64,000 nt of DNA from a virus, in the IMG/VR virus record IMGVR_UViG_3300027746_000644, positions 1 through 64,000 of that record, one strand, 5' to 3'. Of the stretch, positions 30,401 to 39,592 are shown piece after piece; within the stretch, counting starts at the first letter, position 1; every line of letters starts with the position of its first letter. The notes beneath the pieces are model-generated. The model saw only the letters and a list, made by a program, of their open reading frames with translations. It made no database searches and was not told the DNA's origin. The translations under genes were made by a program, and so were the position numbers.

Positions 30401-33400
30401 CCAAATAATGCAGAGATTGAAATTGACCACTCTGCACAGGGCGGTGCCATTTATCGTTATCTCATCAGTACTGTTGAGCACACTACCATCACAGTTGATG
30501 GACAAAATGTACTTAAATTAAATTTAAGCACTGCTGGTACCAACAGTACTATCACCACAGGGTTGCAGTATGCGTTATACGATGGGCAAATGTTGACCAT
30601 TCGTGTTAATCAAAATATCAAATTTAACGATATCGATAATGTCAAGCCAACAAGGCCAAGTACTGCTGTGCAATACAGTGAGAATCTAGGTGACATTTAT
30701 AGAATTATTGCTTACAACTTGACAGAATCAACAGGCGAACTGTTGCCAGCCAACGTTGCTGTTTTACAAAGCGATGCTTCGTTCAACTATTATAAATTTG
30801 TAACAGATGGTACCAATCTTACTCAGCTAGATCCCGGTAATGCCGCTAAGACACAGGGTAGTAAAGTTGGTGATAATAAAATAGCAGTATTACAAATCAG
30901 TCAACAAAGCCAAATTGACCAGTTGAACAAAGGAATTTTCCTAACTGGTTGGAATGGCCGAGTTCATCGTATTACTGGATACACTCCGCCGTTGTTTATT
31001 GCAACTGGTGCGTTCAACAGCTACAACGCCGGAACTTTCACGTTAGTTGTAACCAACGTGGCTGGAAGTATTGACATTGGTGATGTGATAACTGGTACAG
31101 GATTTGTCAGTGGGCAAACTGTTTCAAATGTTGTGTTGAGCGGAATTGGAACTATAACTGCAACAGTTACGCTGAGTGCTGTGGCGGATACTACGCCAGC
31201 AGGTACTATTACATTTGGTGTTAATAAGAACGGATATTTAAGTATAGATCCTAATTCTGTTCTTAACAACTCAGCTGATGGTACTGGCATTGCTTCAATG
31301 AATTATTTCTCAAGTGCTGTTGGTCCCACTGGTACCACATATACGCAAGTAAATTTTGATGTACCATTCACTACCACATTGCCAGTTGTGGACAGTTATT
31401 TAACAATTGCAAATCAAGCAACCACTGCATACAACGGAACGTACCAAGTGGTGGTTGTTACTAGTAAAACACAAATTTTCATTGCCAGCACCAGTGCGTT
31501 ATCGGTGGGCATGGTTATTAGTAGTTCAGCAACTGGTGCATATATACCTACAACTTGTGTTATTCAAAGTGTTGACAGCTCAACTGCGTTTACGGTCAGT
31601 CCAGCCGCATGGATTCCAGCAGGAGCAAGTATTGTATCAACGCTGGTGGCTTACCTGTCAGGATTAACTATCAGTAACCCAGGAACAAATTACACAGTAG
31701 TTCCGCAAATCACAGTGTCAGGCGGTGGTGCACTGGTACAAGCCATTGCGACTTGTACCATTGCTGGTGGCAGTATACAATCAGTAACCATAGTTAGTCC
31801 AGGATACGGATACAGCAGTGCTCCAAATGTCACTGTCAGCTACGGTGATGCAGTGCTAACTCCAGTTCTTTCTGAGTCACCACAGATTAACTCCACAGTG
31901 ACCTCAGGCAACATAACAACTAGATTGGGTTTAATTTATGCCAGTAATCCTGGAGTGTTTGCTGTAGGCACTGTTAGAACAGTTAGTGCATTTGCCAGCA
32001 TTGCAGGCAGCGGTCCATACACGGTTAATTTAACAATAAACTCTGGCGCAGTTCCAACGGCTGGCTCATGGTATCAAGTTAGCGGTAATACCAATACGTT
32101 ATATAATGGTTTCTATCAAATTGCTGCCACTGGTTCGTCAGCAACCAATATTACCTTAATTTATAATTATAATCCAGGCACGTGGAGCAGTGTTACCCCC
32201 ACCACAGCGACACTGTCGGTAACAAATGCAACCAGTACACAATTGGGCATCAGTAAACCATTTAGTTCAAGTACAGCGGTAACATTGCGTGGGGGTTATC
32301 CTGCAGATTCGGCAGCACAAGTTACCACACGTATCAGTACTTGTCGTGTTACTGGGCATGACTTGCTGGACATTGGTACTGGTAGTTACAACACCACCAA
32401 CTGGCCCACTGTGATTTACGGTAATCCAGCAAAGGCGTATCAACAGTCACAAGAAGTATTAGAAGAAGGTGTGGGACGTGTGTTCTATGTGACCACTGAC
32501 CAAAACGGTATCTTCCGTGTGGGTCGTTTCTTCACAGTTGACCAAGGTACTGGATCAGTTACATTTAGCGCAAGTATTGCTTTGAGTAACTTGGACGGTT
32601 TAGGATTCAAACGTGGTGTTGTTGTGAGTGAATTCTCAACTGATCCAAGCATGACTAACAATGCCAGTGATACTGTTCCTGTGATGAGTGCTATCAGAAG
32701 TTACATTGATAAACGTTTGGGTATTGACCACGGCGGCAGTCCAGTTGCATTGGCAAACTTGATTGGTTCAGGGTACGTGCCGTTAAACGGCACACTGGCC
32801 ATGAAGTCCACTTTCAACATGGGTAACTTTAACATTGTTAACTTGGGTTCACCTGGCTCTAACTACGAAGCTGCCAATAAACTGTATGTCGACACTCAAG
32901 TGGTATCTTACAACGCTCTCAACAAAATGACTGATGTGACAATTACTAGTCCATCAACCAACAACATTTTAATTTACGATCAGATTGACAACAAATGGAA
33001 AAATAAAACTGCGGTGGGTGATGTAAATCTTGTGTACACTGCCGGCACTGGAGTATTGTCCGCTGTTATACAAACCGGTGTGATTGTCAACGCTCAAGTG
33101 TCAACCACTGCTGGTATTTTACAAAGCAAGTTGGCAATGAACATTGCCAACGTGTCAGGATCCGCTCCAACTGGCAATGCGGCCGCAATACAAGCCAGTA
33201 ACGGACTTGTGAGTTTTAACACTAACCAATTTGACTTGTTCAACGGTTGGGCAAGTTTAAAAACTGCAACTAGCGCAAGCAATGGTGTAACATTAGGAAA
33301 GATACAACACATCAGCACTGGAACATTGTTGGGCAACAGAAGTGGCTTGGCAGCAAGTCCAATAGAAGTTACACCAGCACAAGTAGTAAGCGATGCAGGT

Positions 33401-34315
33401 GGCCTCACAAACACATTGTTCAATGCCACCGGTGCGATAACTGTGGCGTTTGATGGTTCTAATGTGGCAAATAATGTGTATGCTGTGACAGGTATCACTA
33501 CCACTAGAGCTGTTAACAGTCTAGTCAAAACAGACAGTCTAGGTGGCATTGATGTTAACTTTGTGAAGGTAGGCGGATACCGAGCATTGGGAATCACATC
33601 CTTAACCAATACGTTTACTACACCTGGTGGATTTGATTACATGACTGTGCTGGGAACGACATCAAGTAATTCCAACATGACTGTGTTTGGCACGCTGGAT
33701 GTCAGCAACGGCACGCTAAAAACCAACTTGTTGACCACTGATAAATCAGGAGCAAGTAGTGGTCCTAATGCGGGTAGTGCAAGTATTAGTGGCTGGTGGG
33801 CCATGCAAGCATCCAGTCAACTTGACTTTAGTCTTGGTACGCTGAAATCGCTAACACTGACCACTGGCGGAGAAGCTGTTGCAGGCACCATGACTGGACG
33901 TTGGACGTTGGCTGGTGCAAGTAGATTGCAAGCCACCTATGCTGACTTGGCAGAATATTACGAAGGCGATCAGGAATATGAAGAAGGAACCGTATTAGTA
34001 TTTGGTGGTGATAAAGAAGTTACCACAACAACACAAATAAACGACACACGAAGTGCTGGCGTGGTCAGTGCCAACCCAGCGTATGTGATGAACGGTGAGC
34101 AAACTGGCATTAAGGTGTGTATTGCACTGGCCGGTCGTGTGCCATGCAAAGTAATTGGTAGAGTCAAGAAGGGTGACATGCTGACCACCAGTGCCACTGC
34201 TGGTTATGCTGTTAAGGCTTTGAATCCTACTTTGGGTGCTGTTATTGGCAAAGCACTGGAAGACAAAGACTACGGAGAAGCTGGCATGATACAAGTTGCT
34301 GTGGGGAGAGTATAA
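24443..34315 (+). CDS. giant (3290 aa) tail fibre / virion structural protein
   Basis: gp9/gp10-type N-terminus (NDGTGDSIRESFRKVNENF), K.YVD fibre repeats, beta-helix-type segments, helical RD..Y...YDL..GGN repeats and a C-terminal ADLAEYY...GRVPCKV...GDML chaperone-like domain. Confidence 0.85.
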   Translation: MTQQLIDIGVQGNDGTGDSIRESFRKVNENFNEIYSVFGLGGTIRFTDLGDTPNSYTANQVIMSDTTGTSLTARDLIAGAGIAINKTSNTSVTITSTTTGLIGDSAPSLGLNLNANNFTIARLANPSQALVDAFNASYATLGVSTTLAQLAINKGYADSNYVAVSNGYITNALRSRSEPATPQINDPDYDKTLTSNYLSTEVMQRKDVVYRGGDTMTGALTLNDHPAPLTGFGTPNGANDLQAATKYYVDNNSFSSNVNLYVSTASGDDQQTKSPAGKEGRFWQYAYKTVGQAALAAENLINLASIEPGPYKQKISYTVGVNQTFSTIQSVTLSGGNAGVSGYEHASELLRLNKGFILSETIAYLNKKYVNYIPIDSGRYTAIINNIVDGISYDLVLNTNYNTVTQASKLFNPLNIDLVTEQLTQLLDGIEYAKNIILAYSYSTVNAQNYIGAVIDAICYDLVFQGSFQSIQVALAFDQYNTGLDLNEIKATLLNLKTSLTAIASVALSPNAVASINNNITVIDNLLTTDVIPTVSFPAIQTTAAGQVSARELLLNNIPFIQAEITAYLKANFPTVVYSSTKSQRDVKYIVWSITYDLMYGGNQQSVYAGLQYWQSGVYQLLASEKEACVSAIGYINTLAQAIILNAAPAIVYQTSFRQYTNETITGGGAAATSISTNIASIVSIVNAISLPAPTVVYPTISSVSSVLLTARTDILAQKSALKTAATTYINSNTSFSVINNDVINGIITTNFATITNILTVGIGSRSVPTYTSPTGLSSGFTYARQALLANINFLVEETYAWQLAQTPTFVPAEGVVSFKRRLGYFLEAVAYDITYGGNSGSLPNGYEYWVNGVSTLSSGERAIYAQSIGRLQNIAALSVGNNTVTPTFQSGVTQTFNIVWAGGAVANPLVSEKLGNISTIIANNTTLVYVYPDLAVYDSVYKAARTTIIGTRAAISTSVVNYLTIKYIGGFNYNEFTCYRDLGYIIEGMRIDLLTGGNYQTVTAGKSYYKSASARLAITTQLTETVDGITFAKNLALQVLNQTSATRFQTLIAQAFNGSLTASTAAKTTLANNMNTILSIIANGYGSAPAASFGTGIYTVVFSNGGNGYVDQGSPGSVHIIPAKILLGSTSGAGGSIVKYLPGSGASADSIWVRLTRPSFFQEGEQMEFGETVKDLNITIFVESGIYQEDYPIRLPANCSIKGDEFRRTIIRPLDRVSQSPWRKIFFYRDAVVDGLQIGLTNTSVDYATASSITLGGTSGKIVITLGSGQAQASWIGKIIQDNNVPAGKAVVETVAGNTMNCGVIYPFATKTTYASGNWHIYGTYNYGRHYLVNPLDITSTAKNNRDIDVVLCGDATRISNITFQGHGGFAMVLDPEGQIKTKSPYGQVCTSFSQSVNKQAFRGGQFVDGFAGRLFGNITNVADSGITVTVTGGVNSGLDIRPPQVPCVFYVQGNRFQVNDIVSYDPATYTVTMTLDVSTPFNTVNIYNTANFSSEVGLLIDNLTNDLVLGSNFQSIKSGLYYLQNANVVVGIKQIFRLAGLNKARNLMNAAISNGTSTNIITSQMTTITDMITNGFAAMPTATFPEPIGATANVIKAKNILIANKQFVQNELVAWVAQNFATRGYPGYNAFVLSQRMGYLVDAMTYDLLYGGNSATRDIAQLYYSNGISQITGLEYLYSSAISKLVSLVKSIVENTTITPTVGNISTQVTNLPVATSAQGIILANLASLAIDYIIEGNYNNSIIGTITSGSSNITNVSYNPALINGATIASAVNAGVPVSTTIVSYNATTNVIVMSAAATLNSTNLKLTVGGAVPSRTAPTITGQNSQRMNDAGTVVSAKTSIQNGVTSYLDAGAGTAINIEMGGNRSMLANDFAMINDLGYAIVATNGGVTEQVSTFTYYCHTHYWANNGGQIRSVAGSNAHGNFGLRSSGYDVTELPDAVKLSNDMVQTARVYKQGLVAGQMVPTISAQALGIWIVGYTYNPPNNAEIEIDHSAQGGAIYRYLISTVEHTTITVDGQNVLKLNLSTAGTNSTITTGLQYALYDGQMLTIRVNQNIKFNDIDNVKPTRPSTAVQYSENLGDIYRIIAYNLTESTGELLPANVAVLQSDASFNYYKFVTDGTNLTQLDPGNAAKTQGSKVGDNKIAVLQISQQSQIDQLNKGIFLTGWNGRVHRITGYTPPLFIATGAFNSYNAGTFTLVVTNVAGSIDIGDVITGTGFVSGQTVSNVVLSGIGTITATVTLSAVADTTPAGTITFGVNKNGYLSIDPNSVLNNSADGTGIASMNYFSSAVGPTGTTYTQVNFDVPFTTTLPVVDSYLTIANQATTAYNGTYQVVVVTSKTQIFIASTSALSVGMVISSSATGAYIPTTCVIQSVDSSTAFTVSPAAWIPAGASIVSTLVAYLSGLTISNPGTNYTVVPQITVSGGGALVQAIATCTIAGGSIQSVTIVSPGYGYSSAPNVTVSYGDAVLTPVLSESPQINSTVTSGNITTRLGLIYASNPGVFAVGTVRTVSAFASIAGSGPYTVNLTINSGAVPTAGSWYQVSGNTNTLYNGFYQIAATGSSATNITLIYNYNPGTWSSVTPTTATLSVTNATSTQLGISKPFSSSTAVTLRGGYPADSAAQVTTRISTCRVTGHDLLDIGTGSYNTTNWPTVIYGNPAKAYQQSQEVLEEGVGRVFYVTTDQNGIFRVGRFFTVDQGTGSVTFSASIALSNLDGLGFKRGVVVSEFSTDPSMTNNASDTVPVMSAIRSYIDKRLGIDHGGSPVALANLIGSGYVPLNGTLAMKSTFNMGNFNIVNLGSPGSNYEAANKLYVDTQVVSYNALNKMTDVTITSPSTNNILIYDQIDNKWKNKTAVGDVNLVYTAGTGVLSAVIQTGVIVNAQVSTTAGILQSKLAMNIANVSGSAPTGNAAAIQASNGLVSFNTNQFDLFNGWASLKTATSASNGVTLGKIQHISTGTLLGNRSGLAASPIEVTPAQVVSDAGGLTNTLFNATGAITVAFDGSNVANNVYAVTGITTTRAVNSLVKTDSLGGIDVNFVKVGGYRALGITSLTNTFTTPGGFDYMTVLGTTSSNSNMTVFGTLDVSNGTLKTNLLTTDKSGASSGPNAGSASISGWWAMQASSQLDFSLGTLKSLTLTTGGEAVAGTMTGRWTLAGASRLQATYADLAEYYEGDQEYEEGTVLVFGGDKEVTTTTQINDTRSAGVVSANPAYVMNGEQTGIKVCIALAGRVPCKVIGRVKKGDMLTTSATAGYAVKALNPTLGAVIGKALEDKDYGEAGMIQVAVGRV

Positions 34316-34515
34316 TGACTAAATTAAATGTTAATATTGGACTCAGTGTCAACGACAAAACTGGTGACACACTGCGCACAGCATTTGATAAAATAAATCA
34401 AAACTTCACTGAACTGTATGCCAAGCCAGCTTATATTAGTACAACTAGTCTAAAAGCCATAGTTGCGGCCAGTACTAGTTTTACAGATTTCCAAGCAAGA
34501 ATTGCGGCACTATAA
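34315..34515 (+). CDS. mini baseplate/fibre protein (gp9/gp10-type N-terminal motif)
   Basis: NDKTGDTLRTAFDKINQNFTELY plus a C-terminal AASTSFTDFQARIAAL motif. Confidence 0.75.
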   Translation: MTKLNVNIGLSVNDKTGDTLRTAFDKINQNFTELYAKPAYISTTSLKAIVAASTSFTDFQARIAAL

Positions 34516-34544
34516 TACGGTAAATACACTAAACGGAGCACAAC

Positions 34545-35096
34545 ATGCCAATACAACGAATTGAAATAGGTGGATATGCAAATGACGGTACTGGTGACGA
34601 TTTGCGCACAGCATTTAACAAGGTCAATGCCAACTTCACACTGTTGGACAGCGATGCGCAAATTAACGATGGTGTTAATCTAGGCACAGGCGTTGCTGTA
34701 CTAAAGGGCAAAACCAGCACTATATTGCAGTTCAAAAGTCTTACCAGCACAGACACATCAGTTACACTGACCGCAACTGATAACACAGTAAATTTAAAAG
34801 CCAACACACGTTTAATAGAAGATATTACGCCCGCACTGGGTGGCAATCTAAACTTAAACAACAGAAACATAATTGGCGCTGGAGATGTAAAGGCCAGCGT
34901 TTATGGAGTTGATATTGTAGCTCTTAACGCCATGATGGCATTGTTAATCGAATCCAACAAAAATCTTGTTGTTGACTTTGGAGATTTTGATAATCCGTCT
35001 GGCTACGAAACTAACCCGCAGGGATATTTGTTTGACATGGGCGACTTTGTTGGGCCGCAACCTAGCAATAGATTTAATTTTGGCACGTTTGTTTAA
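34545..35096 (+). CDS. baseplate/fibre protein (gp9/gp10-type N-terminal motif)
   Basis: NDGTGDDLRTAFNKVNANF and P.LGGNLNLN; GGTAAATA upstream at 34519-34526. Confidence 0.75.
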   Translation: MPIQRIEIGGYANDGTGDDLRTAFNKVNANFTLLDSDAQINDGVNLGTGVAVLKGKTSTILQFKSLTSTDTSVTLTATDNTVNLKANTRLIEDITPALGGNLNLNNRNIIGAGDVKASVYGVDIVALNAMMALLIESNKNLVVDFGDFDNPSGYETNPQGYLFDMGDFVGPQPSNRFNFGTFV

Positions 35097-35107
35097 TTGA
35101 GACACAT

Positions 35108-37726
35108 ATGGCATTGAATATTTGGTCACAACCGTCTGGCTACGCATTTGGAACTTTCCAAGAGCAGGCTATTTTTAATAGACCCTTGCCATTAGTAGCC
35201 GGTTATGTCAGCGGTGCAACATTTAAGATAATTTCAGGCAAACTGCCGCCAGGGCTAAACGTTGTTGGCAGCGCAATCACTGGAACACCATATTCTGTAT
35301 CTGACATCACTGTGTTTACATTTTGTGTTAGAGCAACGTTAACTGCCACAGGTGAAATTGCCGATAGAACATATTCCATAACCATTGATGGTGCTGATGC
35401 TCCAGAATTTGTAACACCTACTGGCAGATTAGCAGTCGGTACACATCAACAAATGTATGTTCTGGACAAAACCTATATCAATTATCAAATTGAAGCATTC
35501 GACTTGGATACCAGTGCTGGTCAAAAATTGAATTATTTTATATCTTCGGGAGATGGAAAATTGCCGCCGGGACTGACCATGTCGTCAGATGGAAAGATTA
35601 GTGGATTTATTCTACCGGCTGTAAAAATTAAGCCCGCCGACGGTACCGGCACATACGACGATGCATATTATGATGCGGCGGCATTTGACTTTGGATTAAG
35701 AGCTACCAACGGATTTGACAGTTATATTTACGACAGAGTATTTTATGATTATAACTTACCCAATGTGAGACCGTCAACTTTAAATGTTAACTATCAATTC
35801 AAAGTAACTGTGAGTGACGGCACTAGCATTGCACAACGTATTTTTAAAATATTTGTTGTCGGTGATGACCAGTTTAGAGCGGATACTACTACAACAGATG
35901 GCTTTGCAGACGAGTTGTTCACTGCTGACGTTACCTATCTAAGACAGCCTGCTTGGCTTACCAATACTAATATAGGGCTGTTTAGAGCCAATAACTATCT
36001 AACTGTACCTGTAGCATTATATGATGACTCAAATGTTTTTTATAATTTAGAATTAATTAATCAAGAAGTTAAGGCACAAGCAGTTAATATTTTGCCTTCA
36101 GACAATTTTAAAAACGGAAATAAAATAACCGTAACTAATGTTACTGGAACTATACTGCCTGGATATCTTTGTCACTTTGAAGGCATCATTGCAGGTGCAA
36201 CTGCTCAACTTTACAAAATCAGTGTGGTAGAAAATTTAGGCAGTGGCCGTTATCGTCTCACTATCCTAACACCCTTGCAATTAAGTATTCCAACTGGTAC
36301 TAGTTTTTACATAGGTACAATGAGCGCATTACCAAAAGGCACTAGTTTTGACATACAGACTGCTACTATTTTTGGATTAGTTCCTTATCAACCTGCTATT
36401 ACAAAAACCTATAACTTTACTATTACTGCCACTAGATTTGGAGATAAACAAGACAGCGCAACTGCATCGAGAACATTTACCATTGGTATCATTGGTGAAA
36501 TTGACAGTGTTATTACATGGTTAACTGATGCCAACTTGGGTAATATTAATGCAAATTTTATTTCCAACTTGAGTGTTTCAGCTTCAAGTACCATACCTGA
36601 TGCCATTGTGTCATATACTTTAACCAACGGTGCATTGCCCCCAGGGTTAACTTTAAATTATGATGGAGAAATCATAGGCAAAGTCAATCAGTTTTACAAC
36701 GCTACCACAGGTTCATTAGGGTTAACACGATTTTATGATGGTGTTGTCAGCAGTAGAACATTCATAACATTTGACTTTGACACCACTACAGTGGACAAAA
36801 AATACACGTTTGTTGTTCAAGCTAGGGATCAGTACGATTACAGTGCAACTGAAAGGACATTTACACTATATGTGGATACACCCAACAGCATAGGTTTCAG
36901 CAACATCAAAACCAAACCGTTCTTAAAACAATCTCAAAGAACAACATGGAAGACATTTATTAACGACACTTCTATTTTTACTCCAAACAGCATTTATAGA
37001 ACTAATGACGCTAACTTTGGAGTACAATCCGATTTAAACATGTTGATTTATTCAGGAATAGAAACAAAGGATGCCGCATTGTTTGTGGGTGCCATTGGTC
37101 TCAATCATAAAAGAAAACGGTTTGCCTTTGGTCCAGTCAAATCAGCTGTTGCTATTCAAACTGGAACTAATAATGTAGTATACGAAGTTATATATGTCAG
37201 CATGATTGATCAGCAAGAACCCAATGGAAAATATCTTCCGAGAAAGATACAATTACCTGGTCTAGCTAGCAATGCAATAACTGTGGATAACAGCACAAGT
37301 ATTTGGAGCAGAACGCTGGATTCGTTGGGTAACGACAGTCCAGAACGTGTTAGGCCTGAGCCACTGATCACCGTTGACAGCACTGGGTATGAAGTATCAA
37401 ATCCCAATGTTAACGCATATTTTCCCAACAGTATTACCAATTGGCGCAGTAGAATTAAGGATGCTGGCGCAACTGAAAGAAACTACATGCCCTTATGGAT
37501 GCGAAGTATTCAGCCCGGCGCAAGTCAAGAATTAGGATTTGTATTGGCCATTCCAATTTGTTATTGCGAAGCAGGAAAAAGTGCTGATATATTATTAAAC
37601 ATAAAATACAGCGGATTTGATTTTAAATCCTTAGATTACACAGTGGACAGATACATAATAGATTCTGTCACCGGTTCGATTAACGATAAATATCTTGTAT
37701 TTAGAAACGATAGGATAACAGTATGA
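35108..37726 (+). CDS. baseplate/tail protein with putative Ig (He_PIG-like) repeats
   Basis: Repeated G.LPPGL.....G.I.G units (SGKLPPGL, DGKLPPGL, NGALPPGL) followed by Y/F.F.V.A strands. Confidence 0.75.
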   Translation: MALNIWSQPSGYAFGTFQEQAIFNRPLPLVAGYVSGATFKIISGKLPPGLNVVGSAITGTPYSVSDITVFTFCVRATLTATGEIADRTYSITIDGADAPEFVTPTGRLAVGTHQQMYVLDKTYINYQIEAFDLDTSAGQKLNYFISSGDGKLPPGLTMSSDGKISGFILPAVKIKPADGTGTYDDAYYDAAAFDFGLRATNGFDSYIYDRVFYDYNLPNVRPSTLNVNYQFKVTVSDGTSIAQRIFKIFVVGDDQFRADTTTTDGFADELFTADVTYLRQPAWLTNTNIGLFRANNYLTVPVALYDDSNVFYNLELINQEVKAQAVNILPSDNFKNGNKITVTNVTGTILPGYLCHFEGIIAGATAQLYKISVVENLGSGRYRLTILTPLQLSIPTGTSFYIGTMSALPKGTSFDIQTATIFGLVPYQPAITKTYNFTITATRFGDKQDSATASRTFTIGIIGEIDSVITWLTDANLGNINANFISNLSVSASSTIPDAIVSYTLTNGALPPGLTLNYDGEIIGKVNQFYNATTGSLGLTRFYDGVVSSRTFITFDFDTTTVDKKYTFVVQARDQYDYSATERTFTLYVDTPNSIGFSNIKTKPFLKQSQRTTWKTFINDTSIFTPNSIYRTNDANFGVQSDLNMLIYSGIETKDAALFVGAIGLNHKRKRFAFGPVKSAVAIQTGTNNVVYEVIYVSMIDQQEPNGKYLPRKIQLPGLASNAITVDNSTSIWSRTLDSLGNDSPERVRPEPLITVDSTGYEVSNPNVNAYFPNSITNWRSRIKDAGATERNYMPLWMRSIQPGASQELGFVLAIPICYCEAGKSADILLNIKYSGFDFKSLDYTVDRYIIDSVTGSINDKYLVFRNDRITV

Positions 37727-38814
37727 CCAGTCAAATAAATTTCGGAGCAATCAATGCATCTTACCCAGTAGCTGGGCAAGATAACAACAGCCAAGGATTT
37801 CGTGATAATTTCACAGCAATCTCAGCTGGATTAGCCATTGCCAAAACAGAACTCACTGCATTGCAAGACAAAGCTGTGTTAAAAGCAAACCTCACAACCA
37901 ATGCGGTTGTCAACAACGACCTAAACGGCAGTACCATAAGCAACGGATTATACAATAAATTCTACGGGGTATATTTCAGCGGTGGAACTGTTTCAGCTTC
38001 GGCAAATATTGATTTAGTCAACGGTCCTGTACAAAAATTTGTGCTGTCAGGAGATGCCACATTGACCTTTACCAACTGGCCCACTGCCGGTAAAATGGGT
38101 TTGATCCGTGTGTTGATTTCTAGCGATCAAAACGGAGTGCGTACTCCGGGATTTGCAACCAGCGGCGGCGGCACTATCAGATACGACGTAGCATATCCCA
38201 CATTGCCAAACAGTTCAAGTCAAGGATTTAAGGTTGGTGGGGAAAGTGTTCGAAGCATCACAATCATAGAAGCCGGCAGCAAATATCAAACTCCAACCAC
38301 TGTTTCGTTTACCAGCCCAACATTGACTGGCGGAACAGTTGCAACTGCGACTGCTGCCTACAAAGTACTTTCTGCCACAGCTTCGTCAGGTGTACTGGGC
38401 ACTGGTTATGCTAATGGTGATAAACTAGTTGTAAACGAAAATTCAAAAATTGTACTGTCAGTAACCGGAGTAAACGGAACCGGCGGCATCACTAACCTCA
38501 GCGTGGTTGTTAATGGTCCTTTAGAATCTCCCTTGACTGGATCAAAAACTGTTACATCATTATCCAGTTCTGGAACTGGAGCTCAGGTTGATTTAATTTG
38601 TGCTATTGATACAATAACCGTGACAGATAGCGGAGATGGTTGGTCTGGTGTTCCACCAATTGTTACCGTTGGGCCTCCTTCGGTAACAGGTGTTCAAGCA
38701 ACGGCAACTGCTGTATTAACATCTAATACAGGTGATAACGTCAAAGTAATAGAAGCATGGACAGTTGATGCTGGACTCAACGTATATCTAAGATATGTTG
38801 GTGAATACAATTAA
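37723..38814 (+). CDS. virion structural protein
   Basis: YPVAGQDNNSQGFRDNF N-terminus and Gly/Thr-rich I...G..Y...P.V beta repeats. Confidence 0.7.
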   Translation: MTSQINFGAINASYPVAGQDNNSQGFRDNFTAISAGLAIAKTELTALQDKAVLKANLTTNAVVNNDLNGSTISNGLYNKFYGVYFSGGTVSASANIDLVNGPVQKFVLSGDATLTFTNWPTAGKMGLIRVLISSDQNGVRTPGFATSGGGTIRYDVAYPTLPNSSSQGFKVGGESVRSITIIEAGSKYQTPTTVSFTSPTLTGGTVATATAAYKVLSATASSGVLGTGYANGDKLVVNENSKIVLSVTGVNGTGGITNLSVVVNGPLESPLTGSKTVTSLSSSGTGAQVDLICAIDTITVTDSGDGWSGVPPIVTVGPPSVTGVQATATAVLTSNTGDNVKVIEAWTVDAGLNVYLRYVGEYN

Positions 38815-39044
38815 TGCATCCGTTAATATCACATTTAGAAGATTTGAAGGACAGTGAGATTGATTCAAAAATTAATGATCTCACTAAAAAATATTTCCAA
38901 TCAATGAATCCACAATTGAAACAACAAGTTGCTATGGCATTGGATTCTTACAAGGAAGAACAAGCTAAAAGGCGTCAAGCTGAATGGCAAAAAATGGTTG
39001 ATAATCGCGATAAAAGCCTTGACAAATTAATCAACATACAGTAA
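38814..39044 (+). CDS. hypothetical coiled-coil protein
   Basis: 76-aa ORF, TAATG-coupled. Confidence 0.75.
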   Translation: MHPLISHLEDLKDSEIDSKINDLTKKYFQSMNPQLKQQVAMALDSYKEEQAKRRQAEWQKMVDNRDKSLDKLINIQ

Positions 39045-39047
39045 AAT
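39019..39047 (+). promoter_or_regulatory. sigma70 promoter, near-leaderless for the DnaE fragment
   Basis: TTGACA (39019-39024), 17 bp, TAAAAT (39042-39047); ATG at 39055. Confidence 0.7.
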
Positions 39048-39054
39048 ATAGGCT

Positions 39055-39564
39055 ATGCGCCTAGACAAATATAACAATCCCATATTTTCAGAACAAGATT
39101 TATTTGATGCCATTTATAAAGGACATCAATTTAATGTCAACGATACTATGATTGTTGAACGTACCGATGCTGTAAAAGAATTAGAAAAACAAATTGGTTT
39201 TAGATTTGTTCCTCCGTACGAACCTCATTTTGACGTAGCAGACTACGATCGAGCTTGCCAATCTAATTGGAATATACCCAATGAGTATAAAACACTGGAT
39301 ATTGAATCTTGGATATGGGAGCAATGCCCACCGTGGGATCCTCAGCATACTAGAGTAACTGAGGAACTGGCAGCATTTAGAGAACGCAATATGATAGATT
39401 TATTGCGTTGGCTCAAGTATTTTGTTGATACTTGCAACAAAAATAATGTAGTTTGGGGAATTGGTAGGGGATCTAGCGTGGCCAGTTACGTACTCTATTT
39501 AATAGGAGTACATCACATCGATAGTATTAAATATAATCTCGAGTGGCAGGAATTCCTGAGATAA
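39055..39564 (+). CDS. DNA polymerase III alpha (DnaE/C-family) N-palm fragment
   Basis: RVTEEL...GIGRGSSVASYVLYLIGVHHIDSIKYNLEWQEFL aligns by eye with DnaE GRGS...D...FERFL; it stops before PDxDxD. Confidence 0.8.
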   Translation: MRLDKYNNPIFSEQDLFDAIYKGHQFNVNDTMIVERTDAVKELEKQIGFRFVPPYEPHFDVADYDRACQSNWNIPNEYKTLDIESWIWEQCPPWDPQHTRVTEELAAFRERNMIDLLRWLKYFVDTCNKNNVVWGIGRGSSVASYVLYLIGVHHIDSIKYNLEWQEFLR

Positions 39565-39592
39565 GTAGTAGTATAATTAAGGAGATTTAAAA

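Noticed and set aside
24443-38814. Diversity-generating retroelement or invertible fibre cassette
   Set aside because: No reverse transcriptase or invertase, and no template/variable repeat pair was noticed in the window.
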